Program-made: the position numbers and the translations under genes
Assembly: GCA_030167865.1 (NCBI GenBank)
Contig: JALAGF010003335.1
Span: forward strand, 62,001-124,493
Direction of reading: 5' to 3'
DNA from: Craspedostauros australis
Taxonomy: Eukaryota
DNA: 62,493 nucleotides
In this document: piece after piece, positions 11,599 to 24,210 of the stretch
How the letters are laid out: each line of letters opens with the position of its first letter
How positions within the stretch are numbered: the stretch's first letter is position 1
Notes under the pieces: model-generated
Database searches by the model: none
What the model saw: only the letters and a program-made list of their open reading frames with translations
Told to the model about the DNA's origin: nothing

Positions 11599-12836
11599 GA
11601 TTCAATCTGTGCTTTGTGTTGTGTTGTATTGTGTTGTGTTGTGTTGGAACTGGGAGCTGCCTGCTATAGTTGTACTAGCTGTAGCTGATGTGGATGCAAA
11701 TGTGGTTGTGGTAGTAGTTGTGGTTGTAACTGATGTAGATGGAGCAGAAGAGAGGCTCGACGGGTTGCTGAGCTACTTTGCGGTTCGTCTGTTGGCGGAT
11801 GAGAGATGGGAGGATCTGGATCTCGGCTCGATTGTCTTTGCTTGAGAACTTGTGCTGTGGTCTTTTGGACGTCCTTTGGATGCACAGCACTGCTTTCGTA
11901 CAGTGTAGCTACGAGTATGTCCGGTTCTGTTTCTGTTGGACTCGACGCCTGCCTTGGGGTAGAGACGTGGGGAGCAATGCAACTGTGCGGATGGCAGTTC
12001 GTGCGAGAGGGTGCAGATGGGGGATGCTTTGCTCTTGTTGTGGTTGAGACCTGCCTTGCATTGCCTGTCCAAGTCTCGGGCTCTTGATGTCCTTGTTCGG
12101 CTGTTGCTGTCGCTTCTTGGTTCGTGGACAGTCTCCGTACCTGTTTTGTTGGTTGCGTTGTTGTTGTTGTCCTTGGTCGGTCATTTCGCCGGAACTTTTT
12201 CTCGGTGTTTGAATTTTGGTCGAGCGTGTCGATCTAATCGACCATTTCCTCCCACGACTTGTCGTAAACGGTCCAACGGGTCATCCCCTTCACAACGATG
12301 ACTGTCTGTTGAATTCGTGATTCGAGTCGTGTATGAAGGCGATGAGAAAAGTATCCAAAATCCGCGATGGAACAACCACCAACCGACACGTTTCACAACG
12401 CGTCTTCCGTTCCTGTTTCTCTCTTTCGGTCTCTTTGGGCATCCACGATGACGCACCACCAACCAGCATGCGACTAGCGAACATCACGCGACGCGCGGGT
12501 ACTCGTACGAATACCCTCATTCATCGTCATTCATCGTTTGCCCACGTCGTATTGCAATCGATTGAGCACCATTCAACACTGCTCTGTCCAACACATACGT
12601 ATTTACACCTGCCTCCCAAACAGACCTCACACAAACCTGAAGCACATCTGGAACGAGTCCCGCGCTCGCATTGGTACAGCGACCAAAGACACACCAACGC
12701 GAGGCGATTTAGAGGTCGACGTCCCGGCCTGCGGTTGGATCTGCAATTGCATCAGAAGATGAGGGGTGGTGCTCGGTGGGGGCTGCAATTGTCGCATTCA
12801 TATTCATTGTCACACTCTCATTCGCACAATGTGACG

Positions 12837-13565
12837 ATGCTTCTGCTTCTCTGCCTTCTGGTTCTGTTCAGCAGGGATGCGGAGGCAATGTTCCGCGCCC
12901 CAATGCCATCCGCCAAACGCTCTCTTTTCGCCAGCGGAGGCTCAGCGACGCCCGCGGTGTCGGCATCTGCCGCATCATCATCCGCCGCATCGGCACAAGC
13001 GTGGTCATTCATCAGACCATTTGGTTCGTCCGCAGCGTCGTCATCGACGTCAGCTCCAAAAGCAAAAGCAACTGCATCCAAACCTGCCAACGCCGCCAAC
13101 ACAATACGCGCAAAGATACTACGGCGTTGGCAAAAACTCAAGACATGGACGTTGGATAATCGCCACCTCGTGCTCCACGCAATCCTCTACATCGCCACGG
13201 CGCACGACACCATCCTGCAGACGATCCACAACGACCACGGCGGCCCCAAAAAGCTCTACACCTACATCACGCACATGAAACCGCGCCTCCTGTTCAGCAT
13301 CGGAGCCTTGCTGCGCGCGCTGCAGCTGTGCACGCCATTGCAGGCCGTGCTGGGTCCATCGTTGGGTGTCGGTGTCGGCATCAATATCTGCGCCAACTTT
13401 GCAGGATCGTATTGGATCAAATTCGTCGCGTTGGGATGGACGGTGTCGAGATGGATGTGGATCAGGTTGGGTGCGGAGCGTGTGAAAGGACTGCAGGTGC
13501 CAATTTCCGTGTCCATGGGCAAGCCGTCGTCGTATTTTCCGAATTGGATGGGTGCGGATCCGTAG
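12837..13565 (+). CDS. Hypothetical protein with signal peptide and hydrophobic C-terminal half
   Basis: ATG at 12837 opens MLLLLCLLVLFSRDAEA, followed by a Ser/Ala-rich stretch and a coding-like hydrophobic region. The upstream ATG at 12759 is an alternative start. Confidence 0.7.
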   Translation: MLLLLCLLVLFSRDAEAMFRAPMPSAKRSLFASGGSATPAVSASAASSSAASAQAWSFIRPFGSSAASSSTSAPKAKATASKPANAANTIRAKILRRWQKLKTWTLDNRHLVLHAILYIATAHDTILQTIHNDHGGPKKLYTYITHMKPRLLFSIGALLRALQLCTPLQAVLGPSLGVGVGINICANFAGSYWIKFVALGWTVSRWMWIRLGAERVKGLQVPISVSMGKPSSYFPNWMGADP

Positions 13566-14546
13566 TGCTCGAAGCGGGGCGGATGATAGAGACGCTGTTG
13601 TGTTGACAATTGGCGCGGACGTGGAAGGAATGAGAGATCCAGATTACGAGTATCGAGGAGGCAAGGGCATCAACGAAGAGACTTGCCACAGGCCGGCCAG
13701 CAAGCAAAGAGAACGATGGTCAGCGCAGCAGCACGTTGGCAGTGAAAGATTGAGGCAAGAAAAGTCGCGCTGCATGCCAAGCAATGCAAAATTAGGCATA
13801 GATCGGACCATGCCAAAGGATGCGGAGCGCATGAAAGGATCTCGTCACCACGTGAAGGATGCGGAGCCGCCATTGAAGACTGCCTCTCGCATCTTCGCTG
13901 TTTGCATGCAACACAATACGGACAACCAACTGCGACGGAACGGCCTGGTTCATCGCAAGGAACTGGGTGCCAGTACCCAGTTCGACCTTAGAGAGACGCA
14001 ATCGTTCAATATGTACATTAAGTAGATAGTGTGATAGTAGCATTAGGAGCGTGCTCGCACATAGCAAGCAACGGCGGAGTCATAGTCTTGCTCATAGATA
14101 TTGGTAGAGAGATAACAAGCCTCGCTGCGCTTTTGACAACAAGGATGGTATTGTGCAGATTGAACGCGGTCCAGCACGTGTCCTCATACTACTACTACTG
14201 CTAATCCAAGTATTACCTTTGCTGTGTGTTCTGCCACCAACAAAATTGTGCTGGCTTCGCCTCTCGCTGGATGCAAGTTCGTCTGCGATCTGCTGCTCCT
14301 CTGTGGACAGCCGAGCATTCCACACATACATACATTCATACATACTGTAATCGCATTATACTCATACTCATACTCATACTCGTGTCGCACAGCACAGCAC
14401 AGCACAGTCCATCCGCAAAGGAAGAGAACATCCCAAACCACAAGGCGGACTCCGCGTAGCTCATGATGACACCGTGATCCCAGCCTGTGACGTTCAACTC
14501 GCTGACCCAAACGTCAAGAAGGTTCGGAGCGTGATCACGGTGAACG

Positions 14547-15842
14547 ATGATGCGTCCTTCGCATCGCCTCCCACGCAATCGCAAATGGAATCGCTCGCGC
14601 ACCGTCCGTTGCATGGGTGCGCTCGGCATGATGATCGCGCTGACGACGCTCAGCTTGATGTTCCTCATTCATTTTCTGGATCAGGACCACCAACGTCCCT
14701 TCCTGCCACTCCAGGATCAGCGAGGTGCATTGCTCGCATCCATCCAGGATCAGCAAGGTGCATTGCTCGCATCCATCCAGGAGTCGCAATTCGATCTCGA
14801 TGACGCCATAGGTCAACCACCCATGACGTTCCATCTTCCCAATTGGATGGAGGACTACATCGCATGGCACAGACAGCAGCTCGCGGAGATGGAACGACGC
14901 AAAGATGACTGGATGTCAGGCGTCAAACCAATCCAGATCATCATTCTTCGCTGCACCATGGAGGAAGCGTTCTGCGGCGGTCTATCCGATCGTCTCAAGC
15001 CCTTGCCGCTGGTGTTCCTTGCCGCCAAACGCACCAACCGGGTCCTCTTCATTTATTGGACGCGTCCATGTCGTTTGGAAGAGTTCCTGCTGCCCACCGA
15101 TCGTTTCAATTGGACGTTGCCAGGATGGCTGTCGCAACAGCTCGACGTGCCCATCACTTCGCCTTCCTACATTGACCGCCGCGTCATTTCGCGTGCCGGC
15201 AGTCTGTGGCCCAGCCTCGACGACAACCTCGACGACGTCAACACCATGCCCCTCCTCAACGTCCACTTCCACGAGATCACGGGCGGCGCCGTGCATTACG
15301 ACACGACCGAGGGCGCCGATGCCTTCTCCAACGTCTACCACGACCTCTTCTTCACCATCTTTCGCCCGTGCCCCGCCATCGCCCACTCCCTCGCCGCCAA
15401 GATGCACCATCTGCATCTGCGACATGATCAATACGCCGTGGCGCATTACCGCGCGGACTACGGCAAGGAAGTGCAGCGCCATCCCATCTTGCAAAAGAAG
15501 AAATTCCGCATGCGCATGGCGCGCAACGCCATCCAATGCGCCTTGCAGCTCATGCCGCAGGCGCCCCTCATCTTCTTCGCGTCCGATACGACGTTGCCTG
15601 TCGAAGACAAACGCGTCGTGACGAACATGGCGCAGATGATGCATTTGGATCACGTCGATAACGCGACGCAGCCGTCGGACTATTACTCCACCTTTGTCGA
15701 TCTCTTGCTCATGGCGCATGGCAAGTGCATCGCCTACGGGCGCGGCGGCTTTGGGCGGTACGCCAACATCCTCAGCGCCAATATCACGTGCGCGCAATCG
15801 CACGTCACCAACTTCATGCCCAAGGATTGTTCGGGCGCATGA
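14547..15842 (+). CDS. Type II membrane fucosyltransferase-superfamily glycosyltransferase (alpha-1,2/alpha-1,6/O-FucT-like)
   Basis: Short basic N-terminus plus one TM helix. Motifs CGGLSDRL, YAVAHYR, IFFASD and VDLLLMAHGKCIAYGRGGFG match the pattern of fucosyltransferase motifs I-III. Confidence 0.7.
   Translation: MMRPSHRLPRNRKWNRSRTVRCMGALGMMIALTTLSLMFLIHFLDQDHQRPFLPLQDQRGALLASIQDQQGALLASIQESQFDLDDAIGQPPMTFHLPNWMEDYIAWHRQQLAEMERRKDDWMSGVKPIQIIILRCTMEEAFCGGLSDRLKPLPLVFLAAKRTNRVLFIYWTRPCRLEEFLLPTDRFNWTLPGWLSQQLDVPITSPSYIDRRVISRAGSLWPSLDDNLDDVNTMPLLNVHFHEITGGAVHYDTTEGADAFSNVYHDLFFTIFRPCPAIAHSLAAKMHHLHLRHDQYAVAHYRADYGKEVQRHPILQKKKFRMRMARNAIQCALQLMPQAPLIFFASDTTLPVEDKRVVTNMAQMMHLDHVDNATQPSDYYSTFVDLLLMAHGKCIAYGRGGFGRYANILSANITCAQSHVTNFMPKDCSGA
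14711..14781 (+). repeat. 33-bp in-frame tandem duplication in the glycosyltransferase stem (QDQ[R/Q]GALLASI x2)
   Basis: ccaggatcagcgaggtgcattgctcgcatccat is followed by a copy with one mismatch. Confidence 0.9.
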
Positions 15843-16279
15843 ATGGGGCGCGTGGTGGCGTAGGCATGGGTGCATGCTGTTGGCGTCTGATGTGAATCGC
15901 GTTGCATCACCTCGCTTCGAACTGCAGCGATGGGTGACCCCAGCGTCTTCGGCAGACACTCAACGCTCCACGAGTGTTGTTCAGAGGTGAACGGCACACA
16001 CAAGAGACCAGCAAGCGAGGGCATCTGCTCGGCCAGTCATTTCATTGAGTATTCGAACAAAAGGCCTGTATTACAGCTTTGGCTACTTCGCGCTATGTTC
16101 TCGATGATCATCCGGCATAGACTAGATAGATAGAACGTTAGGATAGACTGGGACGAAGAGAGGGGACAGAGAGCTATACGTAAATTGTTGCAAATGACGC
16201 CACCTGACGTGATGCATGTGCGCGAAGAGACGGTCGTGATTAGTGCAGACGATGGAATTGTTCGCGCTCACTACGCGTC

Positions 16280-19200
16280 TCATGACATCAAATCGGACTC
16301 CGCCAAGGCTTCCGTCACGCTCATGCCTCCAAATTGCTCCGCCATGGACTCCTCCAGCAACGATTCCAGCATGGCATTCTTCGGCTGGAATGGAGAATCG
16401 ACCTTCTTTTGGCGAAGTTTGTACAGATCCAGCTTTTTGAACCATGGCATGCGGATGATGTCCTTGCCTCGGTTGGCCAACGAACCCAACCGCTGCGTTT
16501 GTTCTTTCACCAGCAGACCAGCAATGACATCTTCGCACTCTTCCGAAATGCCGTCCGGCAAAGCATAGTACTGCTCCTGAACGATGGACCGGAACAGCTC
16601 CATCTGATCCATGCCATCAAAGTAGAATGGATTCTCCCCAGCCACCATCTCATAGATAACAACTCCCAGTGCCCAATGATCGACCGCGACGCCGTGCCCT
16701 TGATTCATCACCATTTCTGGTGCAAGGTAGTTCGGTGTACCGCACAGCGTGTACGTCTTGTCGGCAACGAATTTGGCTGTTATCATAGACGGCGTCACAA
16801 TTGCAGTTGTTGGTCAGTTGCGGTTATGATTGCCACAACGTTTCATCACGAGAGTAGGGTATTTCGTTTGACAACGATTGAGGATGTGGAACAAATACAC
16901 GTACAGCAGGTAGCGAAAATAGAAAAAAGTTCGTGTGAGACTCGGCATTTCATTCAGCCTGCTGTTGCACTCAACGTGTCATGCTGCACTCAACAAGTCC
17001 AGAAACGACAACGCCCAATCACACCGGTGATGGCCATGCAGGTACGGTACTTACCGAATCCAAAATCGCAGATCATCGGATATCCGTCCTTGTCGATCAA
17101 GATATTCTCCGGCTTCAAGTCACGGTACACGTAGTGGCGTCTGTGCATGTACTCCAGCGTGTCGGCGACGACCATGGCATAGAATCTGGCATCATCCTCT
17201 GGAATTCCAGAATACCACAGTCCGTCATCGCCCTGCTGGTGGATGACGTTGAACAGTTCACCACCGTGGACCAATCCCATCATGATGTACAGATTGTGCT
17301 TGTCTTCGTAATGATGGACGAGGTTGACGATGTACGGGTGGTCCATCAGTCCCATGACATGCATCTCTCTCTTGATGACGTCGACAGAGTCGCCTCGTGT
17401 CGGGTCGTCCTTCTTTTGGATCTTCAAGGCAAAGTGATGCTTCTCCCCGCTGCTCATGTTGGCAGATACCAGCCACACCTCGCCGAATTGACCTTCTCCA
17501 AGAATGTCATGCCGCTTGAGATCATCCAGGGCGATGTTGAGCTTGACGGAATTGCGCAGTGTGGAGGTCGATGATGCCTTGAGCCAATCGACTGTGGTTT
17601 GCGATTTGAGTGCGGGCGGCATCATGGCGAGTATCGCGTCATCATCATCATCATCATCGAGACTTCCGACGCCATTCTGCTGACCCTTGGCGACCGGTGC
17701 GTTCATTCCAGGTGGCAACGCTGCGCTCTGCAGCATCGCTGTGTCAAAGATGATGCGGCAATCGGAGAGGGTGAGGATCCCCACCACGCAATTCTCGCTT
17801 GCCGTTGCTGTGTACTTGGCCAGGGTGGTTGTCGAGCTCGACTTGTCGCTGCGTCCGGACTCGGCATCCATGAGCATGTGTTCGAGGCCGAAGTAGCCGA
17901 AGGGTCGGATGACTTCGTTCTTCTTCTTCGTCTTGGCGGAGCCTCCAGACAGGGTGACGCTTCCCTCGAGCACCAAGTACAACGCAGCCTCCGTTTGCTT
18001 GAGATGCTGGAAGATGACTGTGCCCGCATCATATTTCTCATCGATGACGACTCCAGCCAATTCATCGAGCTCGTCTTCTTCCAAATCGGCATTCTCGAAC
18101 TCTTCGATGCTTGCCTGTTGATGGCATGTTGCGCAGAGTATGGGCGTGGTAATGGTGTAGTGTAGTGTCGTGAAGTGCAGAGTCATTCGAAGTGGTATCA
18201 TGCAGAGCAACAGAAATGTGGGAAATGAATGTGAGAAACCATGCTGAAATTGCTCGTTGTCCATCCCGCATGGCGCCATTGAGGATGCACGCTGCAAGCA
18301 CCACACAATATAATCACGAAGATCGCGGTTGCTGCAATCCTGCCTCGTTCATTTTTGTAGTCGCAGAGCGCAGCACTTACCAACGTCTTTCTATCTTGCG
18401 CCTTCGTGACCAACCGAGAGAAGGTACCGAGGACGCGCTCGAAGGTCTTTCGCTTCATGAAGAAGCCCAATCCCTTGGTCTTGACAATGTAGGTGTACTT
18501 GGACGGCTCATTGGTCGCGAGCGACACTTCGCCGAAGCAACTGCCCGACTGCAGCATCGTGACGCCGCCGTCGGCATCGATCTGCTCGATCTCTCCGTCG
18601 TCGAGCAGGTAGAAGGCCGTGAATCGTTCCCCGCAGGTTCCCAGCACGTCGCCGACCTCGAAGACCTTGGGCGTCATGGCCTTGCCGAGTCGCTTGATGT
18701 CGCTGCTGGACAGGTCCTTGAGGAAGGATACGTTTTGCAGCAGGTGGACCTTGGTTTTTTCTGATTCGTTGGTCTGGTGGTGCAGCATGGTGCGGAAGGT
18801 GGTCTTGTCGACGCGGAAGAGCTTGCAGCGATCGGATTCGACGACGACGGTGGCGGCGCGCGGGCAGGAGTAGAGCAGGGCCAGTTCGCCGAAGGAGGCT
18901 CCGGTCGTGGCCGATCCGACGACGTCCGTGTTGACCATGAACTTGACCGTGCCCTCCCCGATGATGTAGAAGTAATCGCCGCGCGATCCCTGCTTGATGA
19001 TGACGGAGTCCCTCTCGACCCCGAGGGGTTCCATGGCTTTGGCGAGCGATTTCCTCTGTCGGGAGGTCATCTTTTGGAAGAAAATGTTTTCCTGCAGGGC
19101 CTGCGTGATGAGGTTGATGAATGAGTCGGACGTTTGGTAGGACGGCGGAACGAATTTGGATCTGAGGCTGGAGACCTTGCTGCCGTGACCGGCAGTTGTC

Positions 19201-19592
19201 GCCGCCGAATTGGAGGACGCCGCTGCTGCGTCGCCGTTCGTCGGGGATCGCTGTGGTGCCGAAGGCGGCGTGTCGCGCTCGAAGACTTCCTGGAGCTTGC
19301 GTGGCGCATGTCCCTGTTGGTCATGTCCCGAGATCTTCTTGACCTTGAAGGCCTTGCGGTACTGCTTCACGGCTTGCTCGTTGGCCTGCTGGAATTTGGA
19401 TTGCTGCCGCTTGGGCGCGGTGAGGCCCGTCTTTCCGCCCTTGCCATCCCTGGAACTCTTGTCTGATTTGGGCACGTTGCCTTGCACGGCGAACGGAGTG
19501 GCTCCCTTGTCTCGGCTCTTCCACATCTTGAGCTTGCTGCCGAAGGTGCGCGGCTTCTTCTTGTCGCTTTCATCCTTCGGTGATCGCGGCAT
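16280..19592 (-). CDS. Second PKG-like cyclic-nucleotide-binding AGC kinase, 3 exons, about 922 aa
   Basis: Exons 19592-18381, 18114-17055 and 16776-16280. GTAAG donors and CAG acceptors keep the frame and rebuild [25 protein letters not shown]. Other motifs are FGELALLYSCPRAA, GEGQFGEV and YRDLKPEN. Confidence 0.9.
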
Positions 19593-19921
19593 GGTTGCTG
19601 TTGCTACTGTTGCTGCTACTGTTGCTACTGTGAATTATGGGAAAGAACCTGGCTGAGATTTCCTGAGATGTCCGCAGTTTGCGATGTCTCTGTTTGCGTC
19701 TGCCTTGGTTGTGACCAATGTTCGCTCACCAGCCAAGCGCGAACTCTTGCAGGCACAAGATGCAGGATACTCCAACGCGATTGGTGCAGCCTTGTTTCTT
19801 GCTCGCTGAGTGTGGCTACGAGTCTGCGTGTTAGCACTACAATATATTATATATTATGTCTGTTGAGTCTGCCGCAGAAGTCAAACAGTCTCTCGTGTTG
19901 CGTTTGTGATTTCGCCAATGT

Positions 19922-19968
19922 TGTCGATGTTGACGATGGTGTCGATGTTGACGATGGTGTCGATGTTG
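19922..19968. repeat. 18-bp tandem repeat (about 2.6 copies) upstream of kinase 2
   Basis: Unit tgtcgatgttgacgatgg. Confidence 0.8.
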
Positions 19969-21994
19969 TGGGAGGAGCGAGAGGCACAAGAGAGTGACGC
20001 GGTTGGATGGAGTCACTGGTGTCGTCGTTGATTGTGTTCCCAAGGGTGGTCCATACCCACGATGTCAGTCATCCTTCGCCATCTCTCTGTCGCAGCGGAC
20101 CATCCCCGTTTTGTTTGCCCAAAGATCGTGCAGGTTTCGTGCGTCCCGCATGAAGGCACGCGAAGTCACTTCACCTTCGGCTTTCCGCACTTCTGTGCAG
20201 CTAATTAAATCGCTTTCACGTGTTGACCAGTGGTACACATCCCCACGCGGTTCTATGTTCGTATTCTGTGCGAACGCAAAAGGATGCCGTGACCCTTTGG
20301 CGTCACATTTCGCAATCTCGCATGCCTCATGCGGCTACTTCGCTCAACACCGTTTGCCTCAGATCCATTCCGAGAGATGCGAAAGACCAATACCACACAG
20401 CGCTGTGGTCAAAAGGAAGAATCTGGTGGAAATCATCTCACAGTTCGTCAATCTGAGGCTTGGACAAGAGTGTCAAAGTGCACAATCCCGGCGAAGCAAC
20501 GGGCAAGATGATCAGCTGACCAAACCGCCCGAAGTCACAGTTAGGAGATTGGAGACTTCCATGTACATCGCATGTGGCCGTGTATCCCCGTGCCTCGCAG
20601 AATGGAGCAAGGTGGAATGCTGTATCATTCCGTGCACAGAGCTCGACTGGAATCAACAGCAGTACCTATTACATAATATTATATTATCATAGAATGCTCA
20701 ATTGACGACGACCCCTTTCCATTCCATCATGGCTGAGGCAAGCGCAATAACAAGGACTACCACTCGCAATTGCGCTGCTCAACCCTGACGATGACGAGAT
20801 GGAAAGACAGCAGCGACGACAACGATGATATGCTCGCCAACAGCGGACGATAAACAGGGGTTGGCGAAGATCTACATCACACTTCACGACAAGATTGGAG
20901 ACCTCGTCGCGATGAAGCTTTGCACCGGCAGCAGCAACCAAGAAGTATCGCCGCCGGCGGAGATTTGGCACGACAGGCAGTCGCAGATGGAGCTCTGAAT
21001 AGCAAGTGCAGGCCTGATGCCGTCCTTATCGCGACTGATGAGAACAAACCACGTTGGTTCCATGATGAGAACGCAGGATTCCTTTCGCAGACGAACAATT
21101 CTTTGCTCGAGTGGGCCTCCAAATGATGCTTCAACCGTTTGGCCATCTCACGGAAGCATCATGCGATGAATCGATCAACGACTTCGACTGCTCAATCTAC
21201 GACATGTCCGTGCTATGGCAGGATTGTACACTATGGAAAGAGACAACCTCTCGTCGTTAAAATAAATGGCGACAGGAGTCGGAATGTATGCCAAGCACAA
21301 CAACAGATGCACGATCACATCAAAGAATGAAGCAAGAACAATACAGAACAAACGCAACTGTGAAAGTCCGAACTTCGAACAGCACATGCCTGTCAATGAA
21401 ATGCATCTGATGTGGCCATCATGCCATACACTCTCTGAAACAACGCAGTGCCCTCTCTCTTTGAATAGAATAGAATATATTAGGATTATTAAACTAGGGA
21501 ATGGTATTGTGCAATACAATCGAGTAACGTAGAGCACACGAAGTTCTCACACAATCAAAGCAACAGGCCAGACTCATGCGCATTCCGTGGGAGCTGTGTG
21601 CACGGATTGCTCACCGCGTTTGGCTGGTGCTGGTATTCCACGTTTGCAAACTGTGGGTGATTCGTGCATGTGATTGGCAATTTCGTTTTCTCTGCGATTT
21701 CTGAGTCGTTCCAGCCTTTCAGTCACACTTACGAATCGGTCACGAACAAGTCAATTTTGGCGCCAACAGAGAACAATAGTACTTGTAGAGTTCCTTCTCC
21801 TGATGAACAAGGACTAGCTGGACCAACCAATCGCACAATTCTCACGCACACGCAAAACACAACAACAACGCGTACGCAAACGAAGATCGAGAACGCGGAC
21901 GAGCGCAACAACCAAAACACCATGCCGCGAACTCGCTCCGACACAACATCTCCGCTGCCGCAACTCAAAGACACAAGAGGAGGCCATCAGCAAG

Positions 21995-24210
21995 ATGATC
22001 ATCGCGAAGTTGCTTTCGTTTCTGCACCACTTGCATCCACCAAGGCCCGGACAGGATGTGTCCCACCCGCTGCCCGTGAAGGCGGTTCCAGGTCTGATGA
22101 CAATGCTGGACGTTGCTCTATTCCAATCGGTGGAGGGAGAACTGACTGCCACCATCTGCTCCAGCCACGCCCTTCTCAAGGCATTCCTCGACCTCAAGGA
22201 CCAGGCGCATGCGCTGCTGTATGAGCTGCAGCAATCCGACTACAATACGGATGCGGACATTCCCAGGGGCCACACTGTCGCCGAGTCGTTCGCGAGAGCA
22301 TGTCTAGAGGCAGCCTCGCATGCGATCGAACGGCTGTCGACCGAAAAGCTGGCACAATCTGCCAATTTGAGCGATCCATACGATGGCATGGCGGGAGGCA
22401 GCGGCAGCAGCTACGCATCCAATGCCAACAGCGTTGGTTCGCAGGGTGTCGTGTCCGGAATCCTGGAGGGCAAGGGCGAGACGGGCCGACGCATCCCCGT
22501 GCAGCGGTTGGAGGATTGCTGGGAGTCGCCCAGGTTGCATTGTCCTGATCATGTCTGGGCGGATGATTCCTTCTTGGCGTGTCAGAGGTTGATACGGAAC
22601 CTCAACAAGCACCCGTTCGTGGTGGAAAGCGATCCTTCCTTCATGGGCGGGTTCGGGGCGTCCGTCGGCGGCGGCGCAAGCAGCACGAACCATCTGCCAT
22701 CGAGGCAGCAGCTCAGCTTGGGCGCCGATCGCCAGTCGGGCATTCTGATACAGCTCATCCAGGACGATTTACCGGTGCGCCTGTACCAGTTCCGATCGGC
22801 CATGGATGCAGATGTTGTCGTCACCAAACGGCTGTACCTCGTCAAGTGCGAGTACCGCGCACCGTTCCGAGCCTTCCTCGAAGGTCATCAATCGGTCTGC
22901 AGAGCGCCGCCCATGCAGTTGGTGGACAGATACATCGCCATGTCCAAACCGAACGCGTCAGCAGCATTGGACGACGCGAAGCAGAAGTTGCAGTCCCTTC
23001 TGGAGTCCGCAGAGCTTGTGGAATCGTTGGGGTTGGAGAAACGATGCGAGGAGATGGAGCTTGACATGGGACGAGCCTTGTTTCCATTCTCTGAATTGGG
23101 CCGCGTTCTGGACCACAAGCGGGCCAGGATCAAGGCGGTGACCGGTATTATTGAGCCAGAGGAGGTCCCTCTCCTCCAAGAGACTGTCAGAGTAAGTTGC
23201 GTTTTGCGGAATGAATTGGAGCTGCAGCCGTTTTTGGCGGTGAACGATGACGGAAAGACTACGGGTGGAACAAGCATTATGGTGACATTAGCAACAACGG
23301 TGGCTACAATAGTGCCTACAACATGATGCATGAACTGATGTGCTTTCAAGGAATGAAAGATGACCCAAGGTGCATGACAACTAGTCTTTTCCTCTTTTCT
23401 TATCTCTGCGCCTGTGAATGGATACGTGCATCTCACCATATGCATACTCTACTGCAATCCCTTACTGCTCTGCAACACGCCGTCGTCACGAACAAACAAC
23501 TCGAATAGCGATTGAAATGCATTCTGTGTCGCAAAAGCGGGCCGGATACATCCACTGGCATCCGGCCGTTGCTGCTCGATCTGCAAGGCGTGCATCGCGA
23601 TGATGACACCGGTGGCACGTCCATGTTGGATACCTTTGCTGCGATGCAAACCTCGCGCAGCAATGCATCGCGTGCGGAAATCCGTTTGGATGCGTTCATC
23701 CGACAGCTCAAGATCCTCTCCGATCTTTGCAAGACGCGTCATGCCTTCAAGACGGAAAAGAAGTCCGACACCGACTCGATGCCCGCCACCATCGTGAAGG
23801 GCTGCACCAACTTCGACAGCGAGCTGCTGCGATGCCAATTTCTGGATTGGCACGACATGGTCCGACGACAGCTGGAGGTCTGCCGCGTACTGAACGACAA
23901 CGCGGAACCGAAGGTGGCGGCGCTTGCCGAAGAGATCCGCAGGGCGGAGCTGGAGATGAGCATCGCCGTGGCTTCCGATCAGGCCTTGGCGTTGGTGCGT
24001 CAGCGGTTGGAGCAGATCGCGAGCGATCGTGAAAAGCGCTTCGAGGTTCTGAAGGAGATGGTGGAGGATGTTTGTCTTCGCGAGATGAACTTGCATGTGG
24101 ATCTGCAGATCCCGGACTCTCATCAGCCGTTGAAGTTGAAGCAGACATCGGCGCTTGGGTTTCTGGGTCTGCCGTTGCAGTTGCATGGAGAGCAGCTTCC
24201 GGTGGGGTAG
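21995..24210 (+). CDS. Hypothetical, largely alpha-helical/coiled-coil protein, 2 exons, about 632 aa
   Basis: Exons 21995-23191 and 23509-24210 are joined in phase 0 by GTAAG...TAG. Codon usage is strongly coding-like. No family recognised, and the 5' end is uncertain. Confidence 0.75.

Noticed and set aside
11613..11646. Short simple repeats such as (TGTGT/TGTTG)n here, (TACTCA)n and (GCACA)n near 14360-14405, and (GA)n near 55476-55495
   Set aside because: Ordinary microsatellites with no unique spacers, so not CRISPR-like.
19994..21537. 232-aa and shorter ORFs between kinase 2 and the next gene
   Set aside because: Non-ATG starts and no protein-like motifs; treated as divergent promoter or intergenic DNA.
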